The translations under genes were made by a program, and so were the position numbers. Under the pieces are notes generated by a model. That model worked only from the letters and a program-made list of their open reading frames with translations, ran no database searches and was not told where the DNA came from. 64,000 nt of DNA from an uncultured Chloroflexia bacterium (GTDB taxonomy: Bacteria > Chloroflexota > Limnocylindria > Limnocylindrales > CSP1-4), in contig CAVYIM010000003.1 in NCBI GenBank assembly GCA_963768655.1, positions 416,001 to 480,000 of the forward strand, read 5' to 3'. Shown piece after piece: positions 40,376 to 49,923 of the stretch. How positions within the stretch are numbered: the stretch's first letter is position 1; the number at the start of each line of letters is the position of its first letter.

Positions 40376-42651
40376 TCGCCACTCCGTCCTTCGTCGACGC
40401 GGCCCGCCTCCACGCCCGCCTTCGACCCGACGACACCGCGGTTCTCGACGGCGAGCTGCGCTGGTCGTGGGCCGAGCTGGACCGTCGGGCCGACGCCGTT
40501 GCCGCGGGGTTGGCTGCCGCCGGCATCGTGCCGGGCGACCGCGTCGGGGTGGTGGCCATCTCATCGGCCGGCGTCGTCGCCGCTCTCCATGGAATCGTCC
40601 GGGCCGGCATCGTCTCAGTGCCGATCGGGCCACGTCTGACACGGCCGGAGATCGCCGCCATCGAGACCGCTGCCGGCCTGCGGGCGATCGTCGGGGCTGA
40701 TGGCGGCATAACCTCGATCGGAGGGCCGCGCCCGCCCGCCGGCACTCCCGCGGTCATCGTCCCCACCTCTGGAACGACCGGCCGGCCGAAGCTGGTCAGG
40801 CTCGGAGTGGCCCAGCTCGATGCCAGCGCCGCCGCGTGGTCCGCCGTTCTGCCGCCCGCGACCGGGTGGCTGCTGTCGCTGAACCTCGCCCACGTCTCAG
40901 GCATCGGGATACTGGTGCGGGCGGCGAGGGCCGGTGTGCCGGTCGTCGTGCCCGTCACGACGGACCGCGAGCCCATCGGGCCCAGCCTCCGAGCCGCCCG
41001 ATCCGCCGGCGTCCGCGTCAGCCATGTTTCGCTCGTCGTGCCGCAGCTCGTCCGACTTCTCGATGCCGGCGCAGGCGTGGCCCCGGCGGACCTTCGCGCC
41101 ATTCTCCTGGGCGGCGGCCCGATCCCCGAGTGGCTGGTGTCCCGCGCCGTGGCCCACGGCTGGCCCGTCATCCCCAGCTTCGGCATGACCGAGACGGCCT
41201 CGGGCGTGGTTGCCATGCCGCTCGGCGCCGCGAGTCACCGTCCCTGGTCGGCCGGACGGCCGCTGCCCGGCGTCGAGCTCCGCATCGAGGCCGGCGCCGG
41301 CGCACCCGATGCGGACGGCGAAATCCTCGTCCGCGGCCCGATGGTCTTCGCCGGTTACGAGAACGATCCCGAAATGTCCGCGGCGGCCCTCGACGCGGCG
41401 GGCTGGCTGCACACCGGCGATCTCGGGCGGCTCGATTCGGAAGGCTGGCTTCGGGTCGTGGGCCGCCTGGACGAGATCATCATCTCGGGCGGCGAGAACG
41501 TCGCTCCCGCCGAGATCGAGGCGGTGGTCGTGAGCCATCCGGCCGTCGCCGACGCCGGCGTGGTCGGTGTAGCCGACGAGAGATGGGGAGCCGTTCCGGT
41601 CGCGGTCGTCGCCTTCCGTCCGGGCGCTCGGGAAGACCCGCAAGCCCTTCGGACATTCGTCCGCGAGCGTCTGGCTTCGTTCAAGGTGCCCGCCCGTATC
41701 GTCGAAGCTGCCGCCATCCCCCGGTCGCCCACCGGCAAGCTGCTCCGGCGCTCGCTGCCCGCGCTGGTCGGCCGCCGCGCTGACGCTGCCGCCGGCCGAG
41801 GGCCTTCCCTCGTCGGGGCGGCTGCCGGGACGACAGCCGGAACGACGAGGATCGAAGCCGACGACGGCCAGCCGCTCGCCTTCCGCGATCTGCCCGGGCC
41901 GCCGGACGGGCCGGCCGTCGTCCTTCTCCATGCGACCCTTTCGACCTCTCGGCAGCTGCTTCGGCTCGCCGGTCTGTTGAGGCCCGACGCTCGTGTGCTG
42001 CTGCCGGATAGGCGGGGGAGCGGCGCCAGCGCGATGGCGAGCCCGGCGCCGGTGTCGATCGCCCGCCACGTCGCCGACCTGCTGGCCGTTCTCGACGCCG
42101 CCGCCGTCTCGCGCCCCGTCATCTTCGGCCACAGCTTCGGCGCGCTTCTGGCTCTCGAATTCGCGGCTCGCCATCGCGAACGGGCGGCCGCGGTGGTGGC
42201 ATACGAGCCGCCCTACCTGGCGGTCGCATCCCCGGCGCTGCTGGCGCGGCTCGGCCGGCTGGCCGGCGCCGTGGCCACGGTGCACGCCACGAGTGGCCCG
42301 GCAGTCGCGGCTCAGCTGTTCGTCCGCGCAGTTGCCGGCGACGAAGCGTGGGAGAGCATGACGTCCGCCCAGCGCTCCTCGGTCGAGGCCGAGGGTTCGG
42401 GCGCCCTCGCCGACACGTCGATGGAGGACCTCGATCTGGCCGGGCTGCCGGGCATCGCCTGCCCCGTCGTCCTCGCAACCGGCGGGGCCTCGGACGGTTT
42501 CTATGCCCCGATCGCGGATGCGCTCGCCGCCGCGATCCCCGGGTCGCGCCGCGTCGTCATGCCGGGCCTGCGCCACGTCGCGCCGGTCACGGTCCCGGCG
42601 CCGTTTGCGGAGCTGATCCAGGCGTCGAGCTCGCGAGCCTCCCATACTTGA
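40372..42651 (+). CDS. menE: OSB-CoA ligase fused to a C-terminal alpha/beta hydrolase
   Basis: TSGTTGRPK, FGMTET, WLHTGD, SGGENV, TGKL; then LLHATL, DRRGSGAS, GHSFG, YEPP, LRHVAP, all in one frame. Confidence 0.88.
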   Translation: MIATPSFVDAARLHARLRPDDTAVLDGELRWSWAELDRRADAVAAGLAAAGIVPGDRVGVVAISSAGVVAALHGIVRAGIVSVPIGPRLTRPEIAAIETAAGLRAIVGADGGITSIGGPRPPAGTPAVIVPTSGTTGRPKLVRLGVAQLDASAAAWSAVLPPATGWLLSLNLAHVSGIGILVRAARAGVPVVVPVTTDREPIGPSLRAARSAGVRVSHVSLVVPQLVRLLDAGAGVAPADLRAILLGGGPIPEWLVSRAVAHGWPVIPSFGMTETASGVVAMPLGAASHRPWSAGRPLPGVELRIEAGAGAPDADGEILVRGPMVFAGYENDPEMSAAALDAAGWLHTGDLGRLDSEGWLRVVGRLDEIIISGGENVAPAEIEAVVVSHPAVADAGVVGVADERWGAVPVAVVAFRPGAREDPQALRTFVRERLASFKVPARIVEAAAIPRSPTGKLLRRSLPALVGRRADAAAGRGPSLVGAAAGTTAGTTRIEADDGQPLAFRDLPGPPDGPAVVLLHATLSTSRQLLRLAGLLRPDARVLLPDRRGSGASAMASPAPVSIARHVADLLAVLDAAAVSRPVIFGHSFGALLALEFAARHRERAAAVVAYEPPYLAVASPALLARLGRLAGAVATVHATSGPAVAAQLFVRAVAGDEAWESMTSAQRSSVEAEGSGALADTSMEDLDLAGLPGIACPVVLATGGASDGFYAPIADALAAAIPGSRRVVMPGLRHVAPVTVPAPFAELIQASSSRASHT

Positions 42652-42670
42652 GCCTCATGGGACGACCATC

Positions 42671-43990
42671 CTGAACGACAGCCTGGAGCGACCTCCGGCG
42701 AGCGGCACGGGCCGCGATCCGGACACGATCTCCGTCGAGACCGGCGGCCGGTCGGCGGGATCGACGCCCTGGACCCTGCGCGCCATCTACACGGCGATCG
42801 GCCTATCGACGGCCTCGATCGCGCCGTTCGTCCCGGTCATCCTCAAGGCTCGCGGCCTCGACCCGGCCGCGATCGGGCTCGCGGCGGCTCTCGGAGCGCT
42901 CGCGTCGACGGTGGTCGTGCCGGCCTGGGGCCACCTGGCCAATTCGCTCGTGGGCCGGGCGGGGGCATTCCGGATCGGCTTGATCGCCGCGGCCTGCATC
43001 GCCGCCGGCCTCCTGCTCGACCTCCCGCTCGTCGCGGTCGTCGTCATGTTCGCCAGCTTCACCGTGTTCGCGAGCCTGTACATCGGCCTCGCCGACGCCC
43101 TTGCGGTCGTGGACCTGCCTGCGCCGGAACGGCAGTACGGGGCCCTGCGCGCCCATGCGAGCCTGTCGTTCACCGTCGGCGTCATCGCCGTCGGGTTCCT
43201 CTACAGCTGGGCCGGATACGGCGCGGCGCCCGCGGTCTTCCTGATCTCGGCGGGCGCGCTGCTGCTGCTCGTGGGCCGGATCCCCAGTCGATCGACTGAT
43301 TCGAAGGCCCGGCCGAGCGCCGGCGCTCTCGCCGGCGGACGCGGGCCGCGCTTTGGGTCGGTGGGTCGGGCATTCGCCGTTCAGCCCAGGCTGTGGGTCC
43401 TGATGGCTGTCTTCGCCCTGACCTTCACGGGAGTCCAGGGCGCGCTGACGTTCGTCGGCGTCCGTATCGTCGATCTCGGCGGCCAGCCGTCGGACGTGGC
43501 TCTCTCGTTCGGCCTGGCCTCGGCGGCGGAGATCCCGGGCCTGGTTGCCGCCGGCTGGCTGGGCCGCCGGATAGGGCTCCGCTGGCTCTTCGTCGCCTCC
43601 CTCCTTCTGTACGGCCTGTGTATCGCTTCGTGGGGGATCCTGCCGTACGTGGTCGCGATCAACGCAACCCGCGTCGTCACCGGACTGTGTAACGGCTCGC
43701 TGATGGCGGCCCGGGTGTTGATGGTGCCGCGGCTGCTGCCGCAGTCGTTGCAGGCCACGGGGCAGGTGCTGTTCCAATCCGCGACGCTGGGCTTCGGAGC
43801 GGTGACGGGCAGCGTCGTCGGCGGCGTGGTATACGGCTCGTTCGGACCGACCGTATTCTTCGCGGCCGCGGGCGGTGTGGCGATCGCAGGCGCGGCCTGG
43901 GCCTGGTTCGTCCTGGCAGGTCCGGTCGGCGCACGACTGACCGGCCGTGCAGTCGATCCGTTCGAGCCGGCGGAGCCTCCGGCGGCTTGA
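42671..43990 (+). CDS. MFS transporter; likely non-canonical (CTG) start
   Basis: Hydrophobic frame extends well upstream of GTG 42911 (WTLRAIYTAIGLSTASIAPFVPVIL) with no ATG/GTG/TTG; about 12 TMs; YGALR and AEIP motifs as in HcaT/LacY-like MFS. Confidence 0.78.
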   Translation: MNDSLERPPASGTGRDPDTISVETGGRSAGSTPWTLRAIYTAIGLSTASIAPFVPVILKARGLDPAAIGLAAALGALASTVVVPAWGHLANSLVGRAGAFRIGLIAAACIAAGLLLDLPLVAVVVMFASFTVFASLYIGLADALAVVDLPAPERQYGALRAHASLSFTVGVIAVGFLYSWAGYGAAPAVFLISAGALLLLVGRIPSRSTDSKARPSAGALAGGRGPRFGSVGRAFAVQPRLWVLMAVFALTFTGVQGALTFVGVRIVDLGGQPSDVALSFGLASAAEIPGLVAAGWLGRRIGLRWLFVASLLLYGLCIASWGILPYVVAINATRVVTGLCNGSLMAARVLMVPRLLPQSLQATGQVLFQSATLGFGAVTGSVVGGVVYGSFGPTVFFAAAGGVAIAGAAWAWFVLAGPVGARLTGRAVDPFEPAEPPAA

Positions 43991-44092
43991 TCCGGCCACG
44001 CGGTACGCCGGTTGAGCCGGCGGGTCCTTGGACGCGGCCGCGACGCTGGCTCGGGAACTCCAGGTCCGGGCCAGATTGAGATCCCGAAATCT

Positions 44093-44593
44093 CTATTGGC
44101 CTCGTGGGCAAGCATCCCATTCGGGACCGGCGGCGAGCCCTGAGGCTACAGTCGTCGCGCTCTCGGAGTAGTTGATCGGCACCCAGAAGACGGCCTCTAT
44201 CACGACGAAGTTGTTGCCCGTGCCGGAGAAGAGATGAGTCGTCTGGTACGACCTGCCCAGGCTGTCCAGGCCACACACTTCTAGCAAACGGCCACCCTGC
44301 GAACGATCACCGTCCGGCACGTCACGCGACCCCACAACGAGCGGCGGCGTTGTGGGGGCGCTGGCTTTCGCACTGAAGTCCTCCAGGTTCTGTTCGCAGT
44401 TGAGGCTCCCGTGTGCGCAAAGCATGGCGAAGTCGCCAGCCTTCGCCCAATTGAAGAGAAGTGTCAGCTCGTCCCTTGCCTGCTGGTCAGTCGGGTGCGG
44501 CAGGAAACTTGGCGTCGCGGCCCCCGATGTGCAGCCTGCGACCACGGCGGTGACGGCCACGGCAAGCAGGAGTCTCCGAGCGACAAGCCTCAC
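44093..44593 (-). CDS. Small uncharacterised lipoprotein (candidate immunity protein)
   Basis: Lipobox VVAGC; GTGA overlap with the upstream gene; less GC-biased codons. Confidence 0.72.
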   Translation of the reverse strand: MRLVARRLLLAVAVTAVVAGCTSGAATPSFLPHPTDQQARDELTLLFNWAKAGDFAMLCAHGSLNCEQNLEDFSAKASAPTTPPLVVGSRDVPDGDRSQGGRLLEVCGLDSLGRSYQTTHLFSGTGNNFVVIEAVFWVPINYSESATTVASGLAAGPEWDACPRGQ

Positions 44594-45531
44594 GACACGC
44601 TCCAGTTGATGTACCAGAGCGGACTCGCGGTCGCGGCCGTGTAGGACCAGAGCTGCTCTCTAAGGCCGCGGGTTCCGTTCATCCCTTGGGAACAGAGGAT
44701 CTGGCAGTAGTCCCATGATTCATAGATGTTGACGGTTGAAGGAACGATCTCAACGTCGAGTTGTTCACAGGCTTGGAATGACGTGGAAATCGAGGCGCCT
44801 GGTCCACCTGACCCCCCTGTGCTGATGCCCAGCCCGAGCGGGATCGTGCGGCAACCGCCAGAAGTACTTGTGTCCGGAGCCGCGTCGACGAAGTGCTGAG
44901 CCGGACTTCGAGTTGCCTGCGTCTGCAGCGATGCGTCCTCAAGACCCGATCCCAAGGTGTTCCCACGGACGTTCCCGTATGTTTCGACCAGCCAATCGAC
45001 TCTCGATGACGACACCACCATTTTCCATATCTTGTAGCAAGTGTCCATGGAACCCCATCCGCTGCTGGCATACATCGTGCTGAAGCAGGAACTTGTCAGG
45101 AACTGCCACGTGCCGGAAGGGCTCGTGATGAGGGGTTGTCCCTGGGCAGCCGATCCGTCCGGGCTCATCGCCGCCGTCTGGGCTTGACGACTGACCGAGT
45201 TCGGAGAGAACCCGGTGGCGAAGTTGTCGGCGGCGGCAGTAGCCGAGACCACACCGGTGACATCGTCAATCGTGAACGGTGTCGTCTTCGACCCCACGAC
45301 AACCATGTCGCCCTGCTCAATTGCGACCAGTGCGTCCGATTTCGTGTCGAACCCGAGTGCGGAGTACTGGCCGACGGCCTCGTTCCTGAGCTTCTGGCCC
45401 TGAGCGGTCCCCGTAATGTCGACGCGAGAATGTGCCAAGACAGTTGGCGTCGCGGCCGCTGCCGACGCTGTCGGGAGTATGGTGAGGGCGAAGGCCAGCG
45501 CGACTCCTTGCCAGATATGCTTGCTCTTCAC
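44590..45531 (-). CDS. Secreted Cys-containing beta-rich protein (candidate toxin)
   Basis: AAGGAGG RBS, Sec signal ending AAA, six Cys in the C-terminal half, atypical codon usage. Confidence 0.75.
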   Translation of the reverse strand: MKSKHIWQGVALAFALTILPTASAAAATPTVLAHSRVDITGTAQGQKLRNEAVGQYSALGFDTKSDALVAIEQGDMVVVGSKTTPFTIDDVTGVVSATAAADNFATGFSPNSVSRQAQTAAMSPDGSAAQGQPLITSPSGTWQFLTSSCFSTMYASSGWGSMDTCYKIWKMVVSSSRVDWLVETYGNVRGNTLGSGLEDASLQTQATRSPAQHFVDAAPDTSTSGGCRTIPLGLGISTGGSGGPGASISTSFQACEQLDVEIVPSTVNIYESWDYCQILCSQGMNGTRGLREQLWSYTAATASPLWYINWSVS

Positions 45532-45889
45532 GAGATCCTCCTTCGAGTTGCCTTGCGGGCAGGAGCTACCTGCTCACGGCAGCGGCGATCGATCGACTGT
45601 CCCGCTCCAAGGCTCGGTGGGCGAGACGCGAGTCACCTGGGCGACCCGACGTTCCCACATCGCCGCGCCGCCAATCTGAGGGCGGCCACGCGTCCTGACG
45701 CTGGCCAGGGGACGTAGCCTCCCCGAGCGCCGTTCCTAGAGTCGAGTCCCATCGACGCGAGCGATGACCGCTACCGGGCAGCCAGACGCTGGGGCCAGAT
45801 CATCATCGGGTCGGCTTATTTCCCGCTTGTCTGTCACTTATCGGGCGACGTGGAGCGTAATCCGGCTCAGTCGTAGACTTAGGCCGACC

Positions 45890-46792
45890 ATGAGCCTCAC
45901 GAGACTCCAGGGCATCGATCCCGGCCGAATCGGCGTGTTCGCTGGCCCGCTCAACGGCCAGCCCGCGGCCGTGCAGCGCGAGTTCGCGCGCGAGATGGAG
46001 CGGCTCGGCTACGGAACCCTCTGGTATGGCGAAGCGCTCGCCAGAGAGGCATTCGCCCAGGGCGCGATCTACCTTGCATCGACGGAGCGGCTGATCGTCG
46101 CCAGCGGCATCGCCAACATCTGGGCCCGCGACGCGGCGGCCATGGCGAACGGCGGCCGGACCCTCGCCGAAGCGTGGCCGGGGCAATTCATCCTGGGCAT
46201 CGGCGTCAGCCACGCCCCGATGGTCAGGATGCGCGGCCACGACTACGAGCGGCCCTACTCCGCCATGCGCGACTACCTCGACGCGATCGGCGCGGCGCCC
46301 TGGCGCGGCCCGCAGGTCGACGTGCCGCCGATCGTGCTGGCCGCGCTGGGGCCGAAGATGGTCGGTCTCGCCGGCGAGCGCACGGCCGGGGCTTACCCCT
46401 ACTTCTCGACGGCCGACCACATCCGCGAGGTCAGGAGCATCCTTGGTCCCGAGCCGTTCCTGGCCGCAGATCTGCCCGTCGTACTCGCCGGCGACCTGGC
46501 CGCGGCGCGGGCCATCGGCAATCGCCATCTCGGCTTCTACCTGGGGTCGGCGAACTACCGCAACAACCTGCTCCGCATCGGCTGGTCGGAGGCCGATCTC
46601 GCCGCGCCGGGCTCGGACGTGCTGTTCGAGGCGATCGTGGCCTGGGGCGACCTCGATCGAATCGGCGAGGGTGTGCGCGAGCGGTTCGAGGCGGGCGCCG
46701 ACCAGGTCGTCCTCAACCTGGTGGCGGCCGATCCGTCCGGGCCGCCCTTGACGGAGCTGCGGACGCTGGCTCCGCTGACGCGCGGCTCGTAG
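45890..46792 (+). CDS. LLM-class probable F420-dependent oxidoreductase
   Basis: ERLGYGTLW, ASGIANIWAR, LGIGVSH, AALGPKM, AGADQV. Confidence 0.88.
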   Translation: MSLTRLQGIDPGRIGVFAGPLNGQPAAVQREFAREMERLGYGTLWYGEALAREAFAQGAIYLASTERLIVASGIANIWARDAAAMANGGRTLAEAWPGQFILGIGVSHAPMVRMRGHDYERPYSAMRDYLDAIGAAPWRGPQVDVPPIVLAALGPKMVGLAGERTAGAYPYFSTADHIREVRSILGPEPFLAADLPVVLAGDLAAARAIGNRHLGFYLGSANYRNNLLRIGWSEADLAAPGSDVLFEAIVAWGDLDRIGEGVRERFEAGADQVVLNLVAADPSGPPLTELRTLAPLTRGS

Positions 46793-46823
46793 CCCGAAGT
46801 CCGACCCTCGGGCCCGCCTGGCC

Positions 46824-47696
46824 CTATCTGGCGTGCGCCGCCAGGAAGTCCCAGCTCACCCGCGTCGCGTCGAACGTTCGGGTCGTCCGGCCGAAGAGCA
46901 GGGCGGGGAGAGTGACGCGGCTGCCCGGCCAGGTATGGCCGCCGCCTTCGATCCGGTAGAACGCGACGTCGGAGAGCGGGGTCGGGCCATGCCAGGTCCG
47001 GATCGCGGTGTCGGGCGGGAGCGCGCCGACGACCGGACCCTCGAGCGCGCCGTTGGCGGCGGTCCAGAACCGGGCCCACTCATCCACCCCGACGCTGGGG
47101 CCGGCGGCGTGTCGAATCATCAAGCGTCCCCGCAGACTGTGGCGGACGCCGCCGTCGTACGGCGCCACGCCATCCGCAGTGCCGTGGATGTTGAGGATCG
47201 GCACCGGACATGCCGGCCGTCGGGTCGCGGCGACGTCGACGGCAGCGGTGCCAGCCACCTGCGCGACGGCTCCTATCCGGTCGGCCAGTTCGCAGGCGAG
47301 CCGGCCCGCCATTGCGGCGCCGTTCGACATGCCGGCGACGTAGATCCGCCGTGGGTCGGCAGGCAGCCGGGCGATGGCGTCGTCGATGACCGCCGTCAGG
47401 TATCCGACGTCATCCGGCCTTCGTCCTTCGGGCGCAGCATCCCGACCGTCGGTCCAGATCTCGCCGATGGCGCTCGGCAGTGCGAGCGCGAAGCCCAGCT
47501 CTTCGGCAAGAGCGCCGAAGCCAGTCATCCGGTCGAATGCTTCCGGACTTATGCCGCGACCGTGCAGCTCGAGCACCAGCGGCAGGCGGCCACCGGGCGC
47601 GGCCGCGGCCGGCGGCACCTGGAGCAGGTATGGGCGGTCGATCCCGTCGTGAGTCAGCGGGACCATCCGGCGGCTGGCGAGTCGAGTCGGATCCAT
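46824..47696 (-). CDS. PHB-depolymerase / LpqC-family esterase
   Basis: LHGRG, DDVGY, GMSNGA nucleophile motif, HGTADGV, GGGHTWPG. Confidence 0.88.
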   Translation of the reverse strand: MDPTRLASRRMVPLTHDGIDRPYLLQVPPAAAAPGGRLPLVLELHGRGISPEAFDRMTGFGALAEELGFALALPSAIGEIWTDGRDAAPEGRRPDDVGYLTAVIDDAIARLPADPRRIYVAGMSNGAAMAGRLACELADRIGAVAQVAGTAAVDVAATRRPACPVPILNIHGTADGVAPYDGGVRHSLRGRLMIRHAAGPSVGVDEWARFWTAANGALEGPVVGALPPDTAIRTWHGPTPLSDVAFYRIEGGGHTWPGSRVTLPALLFGRTTRTFDATRVSWDFLAAHAR

Positions 47697-48026
47697 GGTC
47701 CTCCGTAGCCGGGCGAGCCGACGATCTCGTGGCCGATCTTCGGCCGGAAGGCTGCCGCGGGGACATTGTCGCGCCTCCGGAGCCGAGACGACTGCGACGA
47801 CCGCGCGACAACGGCGGCATCCCGGACATCGGGCGGGTTAGTCCCGAGCTCGGGCCGAGTCCTGGGCCCGCGACGGCCCGGGCCCGATTGCGCGGCCCGC
47901 GGCATGTTGGGCGGGGCCGCCATGGCCGCGACACGCGAACATCGCGTTTGAGATGCCGGTCTCGTTTGGGCGCGCGGTCTCGGTTAGACTCTTGTCTTCG
48001 GACCGTCGCAACTTCGAGGATGCCCA

Positions 48027-49007
48027 ATGACTCGTCGCTCTATGAGGATTCTGTCACTGCCCTTGCTCGCGGCCCTGATCGCCGCCTGCTCCGCTTCCGC
48101 CACGCCGACTCCGGTCCCGACGCCCCCGCCGACACCCACGCTGGCCCCGACTCAGGCCCCGACGGCGGCGCCCACGCCGGTTGTCACGATCGCCCCGACG
48201 CCCACGGTGAACCCGTGCGACAAGTCGATGCTGACCACGCTGGCCAGCGGCAAGCTCACAATCGGCACCGACAACCCGGCCTACCCGCCCTACTTCGAGC
48301 CGCCCGCCAGCGGAAATCCGACTGCTCCCTGGCAGCTCGGTGACCCGACCGACGGCCAGGGCTTCGAGAGTGCCGTCGCCTACGCGGTAGCCGGCCGCCT
48401 CGGCTTCGCGAACGCCGACGTCGTCTGGACCTACGTCCCGTTCGACGACTCCTACAAGCCCGGCGCCAAGCCCTTCGACTTCTACCTGGCCCAGGTCTCG
48501 TACACGCCCGACCGCGCCCAGCAGGTCGACATGTCCGACGGCTACTACTTCGTTGCGCAGTCGGTCGTCGCGCTGGCCTCCAACCCGATCGCGAAGGCCA
48601 CCACGATCGCCGATCTGAAGAACTACAAGTTCGGCGCGCAGCAGGGCACGACGGCGTACGACACGATCCAGAACGTGATCGCGCCGTCGACCACGACCTC
48701 CGTCTACGACAGCAACGACGCGGCCATCCAGGCTCTCAAGGCCAAGCAGATCGACGGCCTGGTGGTCGACCTTCCCACCGCCTTCTACATCACCTCGGCC
48801 CAGCTCGACAACAGCGTCATCGTCGGCCAGTTCCCGGTCGCGCAGGGCGCCAACGCCGAGCATTTCAGCCTGGTGCTGACCAAGGGCAGCTCCCTGACGA
48901 CGTGCGTCAACAGCGCCATCGCCTCGCTCAAGGCCGACGGCACGCTCGCCGCGATCACCACGGAGTGGCTCTCCGAGAAGGCCAGCGCGCCGGTCTTCGG
49001 TCAGTAG
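48027..49007 (+). CDS. Polar amino-acid ABC transporter substrate-binding lipoprotein
   Basis: Lipobox IAAC, PT linker, LTIGTDNPAYPP, GFESAVAY, DGTLAAI. Confidence 0.9.
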   Translation: MTRRSMRILSLPLLAALIAACSASATPTPVPTPPPTPTLAPTQAPTAAPTPVVTIAPTPTVNPCDKSMLTTLASGKLTIGTDNPAYPPYFEPPASGNPTAPWQLGDPTDGQGFESAVAYAVAGRLGFANADVVWTYVPFDDSYKPGAKPFDFYLAQVSYTPDRAQQVDMSDGYYFVAQSVVALASNPIAKATTIADLKNYKFGAQQGTTAYDTIQNVIAPSTTTSVYDSNDAAIQALKAKQIDGLVVDLPTAFYITSAQLDNSVIVGQFPVAQGANAEHFSLVLTKGSSLTTCVNSAIASLKADGTLAAITTEWLSEKASAPVFGQ

Positions 49008-49029
49008 CCGCCACTCGCGGCCTGTCCGC

Positions 49030-49923
49030 GTGAGCGGTTTCTTCGGCGGACCGGGCGGCCCGCTCGACACGGGGTTGCTACCGCAGTCCCGACCGACCGG
49101 GCCGCCTCGTGCCCGTCATCGTGTCGACCGGGCCGCCGTCAAGTCGACTTCGGTCGCGCTCGTCAGCAGTGTCATCTTCTTCGGCCTGCTGGCGATCGTC
49201 GTCGTCAACGCGCCCAACTGGCCGGCGGTTCAGAACTACTTCTTCAACTCGAAGGTCTTCAACTACTCGCTCCCCGAAGTCGTCAACGCCTTCGGCGTCA
49301 ACGTCAGGCTTTTCATGATCGCCGAGGTCCTGATCCTCGCCCTGGCGCTGCTGCTGGCGGTTCTGCGCAGCCTGCCCGGGCCCGTGTTCTTCCCGCTGAG
49401 ACTTCTGGCCACGATCTACGCCGATGTCTTTCGGGCGATCCCCGGACTTCTGATCATCGTCCTGCTCGGCTTCGGCATACCCGGCCTGGGCATCGCCGGC
49501 GTGCCGACCGACCCGTTTCTATACGCTGTCATCGCGCTGACGCTCGTGTACTCGGCGTACGTCTCCGAGGTCTACCGGGCCGGCATCGAATCGATCCACC
49601 CGAGCCAGGAGGCGGCGGCGCGCTCGCTCGGGCTGAGCCGCATCCAGGCTCTCCGGTACGTGATCCTGCCGCAGGCGGTCCGGCGGGTGATCCCGCCGCT
49701 ACTCAACGACTTCATCGGCCTTCAGAAGGACACGATCCTGGTCTCGTATATCGGCGTCGTCGAGGCCTTCCGAGAGTCCACCATCATCGAGGAGGCGAAG
49801 TTCAACTCCACGTCGCTGGTGGCGCTGGCGCTGATCTTCCTCGTCATCACCATCCCGCTGGCACGGTTCACAGACTGGCTCGTGGCTCGCGATCGGCGGC
49901 GCTTCCTGGCTACCGCCCGATGA
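49030..49923 (+). CDS. Polar amino-acid ABC transporter permease
   Basis: [33 protein letters not shown]. Confidence 0.93.
   Translation: MSGFFGGPGGPLDTGLLPQSRPTGPPRARHRVDRAAVKSTSVALVSSVIFFGLLAIVVVNAPNWPAVQNYFFNSKVFNYSLPEVVNAFGVNVRLFMIAEVLILALALLLAVLRSLPGPVFFPLRLLATIYADVFRAIPGLLIIVLLGFGIPGLGIAGVPTDPFLYAVIALTLVYSAYVSEVYRAGIESIHPSQEAAARSLGLSRIQALRYVILPQAVRRVIPPLLNDFIGLQKDTILVSYIGVVEAFRESTIIEEAKFNSTSLVALALIFLVITIPLARFTDWLVARDRRRFLATAR

Noticed and set aside
44042-45800. Short shared words (GACGCTGG, GGGCCAGAT) on both sides of the lower-GC insert as possible att sites or target duplication
   Set aside because: Short, non-contiguous on the left side, and no integrase or tRNA nearby; chance cannot be excluded
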